DNA of 61,175 bases from Hydrolagus affinis (Eukaryota), in contig JAAILG010001829.1 of the NCBI GenBank assembly GCA_012026655.1, positions 1 through 61,175 of the forward strand, read 5' to 3'. Both the position numbers and the translations under genes were made by a program. Below, one piece after another: positions 51,478-61,175 of the stretch. The notes beneath the pieces were generated by a model. That model was not told the DNA's origin, did no database searches, and was given only the letters and a program-made list of their open reading frames with translations. Position 1 is the first letter of the stretch. Each line of letters begins with the position of its first letter.

Positions 51478-51778
51478 GAGTCCTATAGCTCAGTGGTTAG
51501 AGCATTTGCCTTGCAAACGAGACACTTGAGTTCGATTCCAGGCAGGGCTAAACCTTGGGCAAGTTTCCTGACTACACACACCTGATAATACCTCAAAAAA
51601 TCCAATAATAAATTGGTCGTTTCAATCTATGGCTGTTTGTGGGATACTGCTGTGCTTAATTGGTTACCGCATTTTGTCGACAAATATGGTCAATTCACTT
51701 TACAGTATATTCTGTGAAATATTTTGAGGCGTTTAGAAGATGTGAAAAAGCACTATATCAAATGCAAGGATTATTATC
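51478..51778 (+). mobile_element. Full-length tRNA-derived SINE
   Basis: A box tagctcagtgg, B box gttcgattcc, family body and tail. Confidence 0.9.
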
Positions 51779-52043
51779 AATATCTGATTTCTGGTGGTCT
51801 ATTGCCAAGTACACAATTGTATTCCTTTATGGTTGGGTTGAGAGAGGCCAACCTCAGAAGGTTTAATGGGGTGTTGCTAAAATTGCTGAACTTGTTGAAG
51901 GGAGGTCAATTTGATTGCTGATATTGCAGTTCTAAATAATCAGCTCCCTTTTTCTCTTGTGATAATATGGGAGGAGGGGTAGAGGAAAAAGTGCATGTTC
52001 TCAATGAATTTCACTCTATTGTATCTGTGTAGATCCCCTACAC

Positions 52044-52276
52044 CAGTGGTTCCCAACCTTGGGTCCTGACCCAAATCAGGTTCGCGGGGGTCCTCAGAAG
52101 GGTCATCAGCAAATTTTTTTTAGCGACAATGCTGACCAATTTGTATGAAAGACCATACTAGCAAGTTGCACTGAGTCCACAAAAGAGAAGGAGATATCGT
52201 CTTGGCTGAGCTTCAGTCGGGAGGACCTGTTGGTGGCCAATTTAGGGTCGCAGCAAAAAAAGGTTGGGAACCACTG
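52044..52276. mobile_element. Non-autonomous hAT (Charlie-like) MITE, 233 bp
   Basis: 17-bp perfect TIRs cagtggttcccaacctt / aaggttgggaaccactg; 8-bp flanks ccctacac / cactgcac (6 of 8 match). Confidence 0.88.
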
Positions 52277-55200
52277 CACTGCACTTCTTTTACTCCTTTC
52301 CCACTCATGATAGTCTACTAGACTTGTTACTATCTCCACAATCCTTAATTTAAAGTATCAACGTCCTTTTTGATGAAGTGCCAAAAGAGACAACTTTGCA
52401 AACTGCTGTTACTGTGTTTCAAGAGTAAGATGTAGACTTGGATCAGTAATTGACCGAAGTAATAGTTTTAAGCAGTATCCAAGTCTAAAGTACCTGAGGT
52501 ATGAGTCATAGGGAACATTTAATGATCACTACATTTTATAGCATATAAGGAAGCTATTCAGCCCATTATGCCTTGCTAGATGTTCTCCATTTAATCCCTG
52601 CCCTTTTGCAAATGTTATATATACTGTATATATATATATACAGTTTATGAAAATATTTGTCTCATTCCCTTTAAAATTTATTGTGAATAATGATATGGAC
52701 TCCACTTCAACGAGTCTTAATGACCCTGTTTTTTTTTAAAAAAATTCTCGCCTCTTTACATTTTTACCAATGATCTTAAATTTATTATTTCCAGTTACTG
52801 ACTGGCCAACTGATGAAAATAATTTCTGCCTATTTACCTTAGCAAAACCTTTCATATACTTCATAACTTCTATCAGATCTTCTCACACTTTTAGTGAAAT
52901 GTAGTCAAGTTAGTAGATGATACATAGATACTAGAACAAGGGGACTATGGAACCTGATGAAGGAGCCAAGATCTCACAGATGTAGCTCAACAGGGTCATG
53001 CTCAAATGGTACAGTGCCCTTGGTCATGTTGCACCTGAAGTACTGCGTTCATTTTAGGTTGTTATAATATATGGGGAGCATCCATGCCCTGGAAGCAGTG
53101 AAGAGGACAGCAACAGCTGGAACAAGTTATCAGAAAATACGGTTAAAGTAAGGACTGGATTCATTTAAGAAACAGTAATGGGTCGGTATTCTTGAAGGAT
53201 GAAATTAAATAGGCCAAAGGAACTTCATCATCTAATTCTCTCTAGTTATTCAGTGAAAATTGTACCAAATGCTCTATCCTCTGTTCGTGTTTAAATTACA
53301 GTACTTTCAACTCTTAAATCTTATGCCTGCATTAAAATTCATTCTCCAGTATCATCAGAGCTGAACACAAGCAATTTCTTGTGTTAGGGAAACTCATGAT
53401 GTTCATATCAGGATAATATTGACAAAAAATGCTTTTATCCATAAATAGCCCACAGTACTTTGTGAACAAATACAGCACACATATTTCATAACAAAATTTC
53501 CATGAAATGTTTTGGCCAAATCGAACTTACACATTTTTATTTTATCCTTTTCCCCCCATTTAGTCTCCACAGTGGAGAAATTTTATTTGGGTCTAGATTT
53601 GAATAACAATAATACTTGCATTTGATATAGTGCCTTATCATATCGAAATAGAGCCTCGGTGCGCTTCACAAGATATATTGTAAAGTGGATTGACTGTGCA
53701 TTTTGGGGACAAAACCCACATTTACTCTATTATGAGCTACCTTTTAACCCCTAGTTTGGGCTACCTGTCAGTTGTGTGAAACATGTTGAAATGTCCACCT
53801 GAAAGGTACTATGCAAATATAAATTGTTCTTTAAAGTCTTACCCACAGTTTCAGAGCAAAGAAATTCTTAAATACAGCCCTAACTTTGAAGCAGGTTTTC
53901 TGTTTCCAGAATGCTGACTTCAAAGTGAAGACTAGATTCAACAAATTCTGGCCAATCTAAAATGCCACACGAATAGAATAAATGTAGGTGGAATCTTACT
54001 CTACTAATATTGTATCTTAGTAAGGAGTTTGTAGGTTTTGCAGGATCTTCCCACAGTGGCTGTTAGCAAGACTAGACTCAGATGAATCACTCTCTTATTT
54101 TCAACAAACATTCTTTGTTTTGATGGCAAGGCTGAGATTGGGAGTGGTGGGAGTGATATTTCTTCCTAGTAATCCCGCACCAATGCACCGCATCAATATG
54201 CTATTTAAAATTGTGCTAAAATAGCTGAGAAAAGCAGCCATTAGTTCAAATTTCTGTAATAAATCCATTCACTTTAAGCTTTCTTTCATGATGCCAAGCT
54301 CGATCCTATCCTCACCCGACAAACATTTTCCAATTGAGATCACTGGACAGTGATCAAGAGCAGGCAGCATCAACCTCATGCACTTAAATAGCTAAATAAA
54401 AGTTTACTTTTGTTTAGAAAAAGTTTTCATCTCCAAAAACAAAACTGCTCACACTTGCTCAGACTATCTGGAACTTCGTCCAGGGGTCTATCGTCTTATC
54501 CTCAGTCCCAGCTTTAAAATCCAACTCATCCCTTCAATCTTGGTGCCAAAGTGTCAGCATAATAGGATAAATTGTGAATGTTGCACCAGTGCCAGAATCA
54601 ATAAGTTACATTGTTGCTGCTGTTTGCAGAAATAGAAATGAATTGCAACTTCAAACTGTATTTTGGCTGCTATATATTGAGAGACTTGGATAAAAGGGAA
54701 ATGTGCTAATTCCATTCATTTTCAGAAATGGCTAAACTTTAAAACGATGTACATATTTAGGAACCACCAGTACATTCCACAAAGGACACAGAATTTTGCA
54801 CTCTTGATTTATAAAGCTGAAAGATTTATAATATTAATGGCTCAAATTGATCCATACTTACTTCCATTTGAGTACTTTAAACAAATGTTTGCTCAAATTA
54901 ACCTTGTTTATTATTTTACTGCTTTCTCCCAGCACTCGCTGCAGCTGCTTTCCTCTGTTAAACTGCTCTGTGTAGTTTAGACGTCAGTGTTCAGCTCATT
55001 AAAATACCTGTCTAGTACCAGTTAAGATTAGAGTTTGTGTTTTTTTTGAGTTCGGCAGAGGGATAATTCTTGTGGATATGGGTGAGATGGGGGGATAATC
55101 AGTAAACCCAGGAATTTTCACATTTTCATGATCTTAACCAAAAGACAACAGACTTATGATTTTTTTATTATTTGGGAAAATTATTAAATTTATTTTTAAG

Positions 55201-56458
55201 TTCAAAATAAGTTGCCTCAGTTAGGTGGAAAACTGACATTCCGACGTCAAAATGTTTCCAAAATTCTGCACTTTAAAACAATAAGTAATTCAGGCCTTAG
55301 ATCTTCACATCATTTGTATCTGTGAGATAGCACTAATTTCAGATTCCATGTGCAAGGGAAAAAAGTATCCAGTGGCAGGATGTAGTTATATTACATTATT
55401 ATTCCACTGGGAACATTGAAACCTTGTATGGGTTGAAATGTGATTCACTGTCCAACGATGAGGGAGAAAGCCATCCATGGTTGAAGCTGAGCAAGCCAAG
55501 CTAAATACAACGTGAAAATAAAGACATTCCCACATCTGCCGTAACTTCAAGTGGCTGGAGACATGTTTTGATTTGAGAACTAGTTATTTTCAATCCAATT
55601 TTCTCCTCTCAACTCCTGAAGGTGGTCACTAAATCCACCAATTGGTTTCCTGAGTGTCAACTGTTTTCTGGTATCTAGTGAGAGTATCTATCTAATCCTC
55701 AATTGCAAGCCTAGGCGGTGAGTGTTGCTAATCCCATCCCCAAATCCATTACTCATCTTGGTCATTATTCTGTGAATGCTTTGCAGCTCAATCAATGTTG
55801 TTTATCAGTGGCACACTAAGGATTGATGATCTATCCATGGTACGTTCAGTGCAGTTTGACTCTGCAGGCAGTCAAATGACTTTGAGATATATCCTCGTAT
55901 TTGATTAGCTTTGTTGATGACAGCTTCACATTGACTGGAAACCTTCAGCGACTGATCATATCTCCCTGGTCACAGAATTATATTAAAAAATCAACAGAAA
56001 AAGAGGCCATTCAGATCATTGAGATAGCTCTTCAATTTGGGGTAAATACTCTTAAATTCTGCTCTCTCTCCCATTTTATATTGTATTAATCTTCAAAAGG
56101 TTGTTCAATCTCAGCCTTAGGAGCCACTGTGTCAATACTTTTCATATTCTAATAATTTCTGGCTTGCAAACCTTTCTTCTAATGCCCCTTTTCTTTCAAC
56201 GGCAATTTATCTTGAAACCATCTGTGTGAACTTTCTTAATCATTCCATTATATGCCACCATATCAAATGCGTATTAAAATGTAGCCATTACAAATCAATT
56301 AGAGTATCTCCATTACCCTATCCATGCATGGATTCCATCGAAAAAACTTATGTTTAATTTGTTTGTGACTGCTGGTTCAATCCTTTCCTTTCTTTGATAT
56401 TGTGTTTCTTCACAAGTCTGCACCATTATTAATTGCATCCTGTCTGCTCTGCATACTT

Positions 56459-56640
56459 TATAATAAAAATAATAATCCTTGAATTTGATATAGCACCATA
56501 TCCCCTCTTTGAGACGTCTCAAAGCGCTTCACAGGATACACTGTAAAGTGAATTGACTCTACATTTTGTGGGTGAAACGAGGTAATCAATTGTACATGGC
56601 AGTGTCCCACAAACAGTTGTAGATTAAGTGGACAATTTTT
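56459..56640 (-). mobile_element. SINE 3' half
   Basis: Reverse complement of the family body and tail; smaller fragment at 53605-53720. Confidence 0.8.
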
Positions 56641-59500
56641 AAAAATATGGTACAAAACAAGAGTGGCAGATATGTTGTATGGACATATGTACCTCACCAC
56701 AGGACAAAACCTCATAAGTTCAGAGTTGTAAACGATAATTAAGAATACCAGAAAATTTATTTAAATAGAGCCTAATCAACACAGGTAATGAGGAACAGTA
56801 GTTGAGGCCAGGTCACTGGATTCAGTGATCTGAGACTCTATCCTGTGTGAAGAGTGCTTTATTGACCCATTTGAGGTACAGCTTGAAACTGTTATGAGAA
56901 GACAGTAGGATTGGTATTCTGGAAGGAAGAGTAGGTCAAATGTCTTTTGTAAGCCGCATTAGGTTAACAAGGTCACATCTGCAGTGTTTCTTTCAGAAAG
57001 ATAAACTGCCCCAGTCCAATTGATATTCTTCTACAGCTGGTTCTGGTGAAATGTCCTATTAATGTTCAGTAGAATGAAATACAGTATTAACAAAAATGGC
57101 ACAAGTTCAGGAGCTAGTTCATTGTCCACATAATCTTTAGTGGTTCTGAACTGATAATCATGTATTAAAAAGAACAGCCTAGGCATTAACTTCATTTATA
57201 TTGGCTGACTTACAAGTAGTTGAGTTCATTTAGTCAAGCTTGGAGACCTGAGAACAAAAGGGCCTGTGCAGATCTCCACACACAGGAATGAGCCAAAATG
57301 TATTGCAAATTTTATTGTTATGATTTCGAAGACTTCCTTTCAGCGTATGCTAAGCACATACAGATCATGGTTGACCTGGCTGACCACAGCCATGACCATT
57401 TCTGGATCCAGTTGTGACTTGCAGGTAGAGTGAACACTTTCTACGCATTAGCTAACAATTCCAAAATAACCTTTGGTGATTGTACTACAATACTTGCTGT
57501 TTGCAAACCCTAAATAACCATCAATAATATTTCTTTAGTATCGTAGGTTCTAGGGAGCAATACCATTGTTGGAATTTTCAGAAACAAACGTTATGTGTGG
57601 CAGCCTGGAAGCAGCTGTACAAACTTGCACATGGCAGGTGTAACTGTGTCACCATCAGTTTGGGCTCACAGTCTGCATCTATGTAAAGCAACCCTCTCCT
57701 CACAACTCAGTTGGTAAGCTTCTCAGTTGCAGAATAGTTTCAGAAGGAACAAGCTGCTCTTACTCTAATGGCAAAGCTACATTTTCGATGTTCTCACCGG
57801 TTAGTCTTGTGCGATTCTCTACTCCGCAATGTCATCAACAATTTCAAAAGATTAAAAATGAACAAAGATCTTTGTTTTCTTGGAGAAATTTATATGTGTA
57901 AATTTCTGATATTCAGTTTCTTCAGTCAATTAACAACATGAATTATTCTACCATGGCCATCTGGATTAAGTGAGAAAGCTCGGTTCAACCTGCCCACTAT
58001 TATCTGCTTTCCTCCTTCCAAGCATTTCAAACCCCAAACATCCCTGCAACTGCAAGCTTTTTTGGTTATATGAATTATCCACTGCATTACAGTAACATGT
58101 CAAAAAAGAATCAGTTAGCAGGAATTCACAGTGAAACATTAGGGAGCAATTTCTTGAATGGGTAAAGATACACACAATCCCATTTCAAAACATAAAGAGA
58201 CAAACTTGATGCATCACCATTGGAATCAACCCATTTTAACAATTTTAATCTTCAAAACATCATGAAACACCATGACCTATTCCCACATATCCTCTCCAAG
58301 TCTGTGGACAGTCTCATTCTCAGCATTCCCCTGAGAAGCAATTGAGTCCCTAAAGGAAGTTCTACCCTCAGCAGCAAAATATTGAGTAAACTTAGATGAA
58401 TCTGAGGAACATTGTTTTATTTACAAAGTCTTGAACTTTGTGCAAAGATGTTGAATCATTCTTCAATCACAGAACTGGAGCTGAACTGATCACAGCTTGG
58501 TAGATCTATCACTGTCTTGTTGTTCGATCCCCAATTCCCTTTTGTTACAGTGCGAAAACAAACAAGATGAGAATGCATAACACTTTGTATATTTAGCACG
58601 AACAAATACTGAGTAAAGTGGAAAACTGATATGAAAAGAGCACACTGAATGCAGCAAAAGAATAAATCTTCATCTGAGATATTATCTGAATGTACCATAT
58701 TTCCAAGTATAGTAATGAACCCAATACAAAACGAGTTGTTTAGGGAGGTATATTCTGATCCATGCAATCTTCGAACTGTGAACTCACTGCTATGGATGAA
58801 TGATCTGCTGCTTTATTTTGATATCCCTGTGCACTCATAAATAACTATACTGATATTTTGAATTATAAATAATGTGACATTATAAATATTTTTCAGCGCC
58901 TTGGGACATCCTCCTGACGTGAAAGGAGCTATATAAGTGTAATTTTGTTGTTGTTGTATAAAACTAGACATGTAAATTGTAACGCCACAATTTCCTGAAT
59001 GAAACAGAATGGCGCTTAACCCACATCAGTGAGTACCTTGCATTGGAGCACAAGATAGAGTACTCATTTGATTATCTTTTGTGAGGAAAGGATCCCTAAA
59101 TAATTGACTGACTTTAGGACTGTTCTGTGTGGCAATATAAATGACTGATTTGTCCCATTGAGCACAACTTAGTGACCTTGTGCCAAGGCTTAGCACTTAC
59201 ACAAGATAGTAATAAAATAAACTGCCATGTTGCCACATTTAGTAGTATTCTCAAATCTGAATGGTAAATAATACTACAGTAATAATAACCTTTGCATTTG
59301 ATATAATGCCTTACACATTGAGAGGATGTCTTAAAGTGATTAATTGAAATATGTAGTGACTATGCATTTGGTAAGCAAAGAATATTATGTATTTAAGACC
59401 CACATAAAGTATTGAGCTTGTATTGTAAGATGACAACGAATGACAGGTCTATTGTAAGCAGAAAGAGTATGAGTGTCACCAGATATTGGCTAAAAAATAT

Positions 59501-59698
59501 AGTCCTGCAGCTCAGTGGTTACCGCACTTGCCTTCCAAGCGAGAGATCTGGGTTCAATTCCAGGCAGGGTGAAATCTTAGGCAAGTTTCCTTCCTCCACA
59601 TGCCTAATAATAATCCCTCAAAAAAATAATAAATTGGTCATTTCAATCCACGACTGTTTGTGAGACACGGCTGTGCGCAACTAGCTGCTGCGTTTCGC

Positions 59699-59732
<34 letters not shown>

Positions 59733-59821
59733 AATTCGCTTTACAGTATATTCTGTGAAGCACTTTGAGACATCTAGAAGATGTGAAAAGCGCTAATCCT
59801 GCAAGGATTATTATTATTATT
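59501..59821 (+). mobile_element. Full-length tRNA-derived SINE containing an (AT)14 microsatellite at 59701-59729
   Basis: Family head, body and tail with internal AT expansion. Confidence 0.9.
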
Positions 59822-59900
59822 AAAGATGTTGTAAAACAAATGAATAAAGGAAGCTTTTAGAATTTCTATCACGTAGAAGGTAATAAGTGTGGAATGATTA

Positions 59901-59940
59901 AATGGTGACCAAAGCAATGGTGACCAAAGCAATGGTGACC
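59901..59940 (+). repeat. 15-bp tandem repeat, 2.7 copies (aatggtgaccaaagc)
   Basis: Seen directly. Confidence 0.9.
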
Positions 59941-61175
59941 TGACATAATGTACAATAAAACAAATCTAAATAAATACAGGGAAAAGGCAGGGAATGGAAC
60001 TAAGCAGATAGCTTTTACAGAGAGGCACAGGCATGATGGCCCAAACGGCCTCCTCCTCCTATGCTGAAAAAATTCTAATTGTATACTATTTTACCGATCA
60101 CTGCTCCTCGAAAGACATGGTACATAGAGGAATGTCATCAGTTTTACTTACATTACCTTTTACTAAGCTGTACAGTTAGAATATTGGTCTGAGAATCAGC
60201 CCACATTCCGTGATCCAGCACCTTATATTACAAGCACTCAGCTTGTTTTTACAATATACTGGATACTTATTATGTAAACACTTTTCAAATCCAGAAGTAA
60301 AAAGTGATAAAATTATTAATAGTGGAAAATTAGTTTGAAGGCTATTTGTAGCTCAAAGTTATAAAGAATAAGATGCAAGTAAAATGAAATGCACAATAGG
60401 TCAATCATCTTCTGAAAGAGCAAGACAGGACAACACACCATTAACACATTCTTTGTTGCAACTGATGAACTTAATGAAAAATTATTTCAGCTTTTTTTAA
60501 TGTTGAGGTGGTTGTGTCAATATTGACTGAATGCCATATTCACAGTTCCCAGCACATTACTGGTGAGGGCAAGCAGCATCTTTCTTGCCTGGTAAACCGA
60601 AAGCTTGATTAAGGTTGAACAACTCTGCAAGAGTCTTATCTTACAATGAGCCCAACACATATGGTTGCCACTTGCTATGTTTTTTTTAAACAAACCTTGT
60701 GTTTGAAAGGAAGAAGTCACTGTGCAGTCTGGTTGAAAACTGAGGAGATATTTTAAACTTACTGAGTTAATAATAAGTTAATAATATACTTCTTACGGTT
60801 AGAAGGACTTTAGCAAAATTTCAAAGAAAAGGTTAATAAGGAAAGAAAGAGGGAAACATCTATAAACCATCAAAAATGAGCCCAAAATGATGAAGAAAAA
60901 TATATAGCCAAAAGAAAGGCATTGAAGAGAGAGCTTTAAAGATTAATTTGGCATAACAGGAATATTAAACATAAATAGATATAGCAAAAAAATGAAAGAG
61001 GGAAAACACACACAAGACTAGAACATAAAGTACTGCAAAATCAACAATGGAGGGGTTTCTGCTCCCCTTCCCCCTCTCAACAGTTGGAAGTCAAAGTTCA
61101 CATAGCCGAGTCATTCTACAAACAGTTCAAAGTGATCCCATATAGATCAAAACTTCTCTGATAACATTATATAGT

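Noticed and set aside
52953-52985. CCTGATGAAGGAG as another hammerhead
   Set aside because: No downstream GAAA box or stems; it sits within degraded CR1 sequence

Overview
AT-rich, repeat-dense vertebrate genomic DNA, probably from a cartilaginous fish (inferred only from the mix of L2, CR1, Deu-domain SINE and Penelope repeats). One protein-coding gene is supported, on the minus strand: an internal part of a type IV collagen alpha2-class chain. I mapped 18 GT-AG exons between 646 and 20080. They splice into a continuous 1398-nt, 466-codon Gly-X-Y frame, from the 7S domain (GCNGT) to a Cys-X-Cys interruption. Their sizes follow the COL4A2/COL4A4/COL4A6 pattern as I recall it; COL4A2 is the best guess and COL4A6 is not excluded. 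Positions 20081-61175 show no further exon and look like one intron of more than 41 kb. The introns hold L2 and CR1 LINE fragments, many tRNA-derived SINEs sharing the L2 3' tail, a hAT-like MITE and Penelope-like remnants. The most unusual signals are four. First, a Penelope-borne minimal hammerhead ribozyme with an intact core on the pre-mRNA sense strand (16558-16594). Second, a Penelope hairpin holding two inactivated hammerheads (4832-5046). Third, a 122-bp spacerless palindrome (6018-6139) fused to a local inverted copy that brackets two in-frame exons. Fourth, a young L2 inserted 6 nt from an exon boundary. Most listed six-frame ORFs are repeat-derived or chance. Repeat boundaries are approximate.
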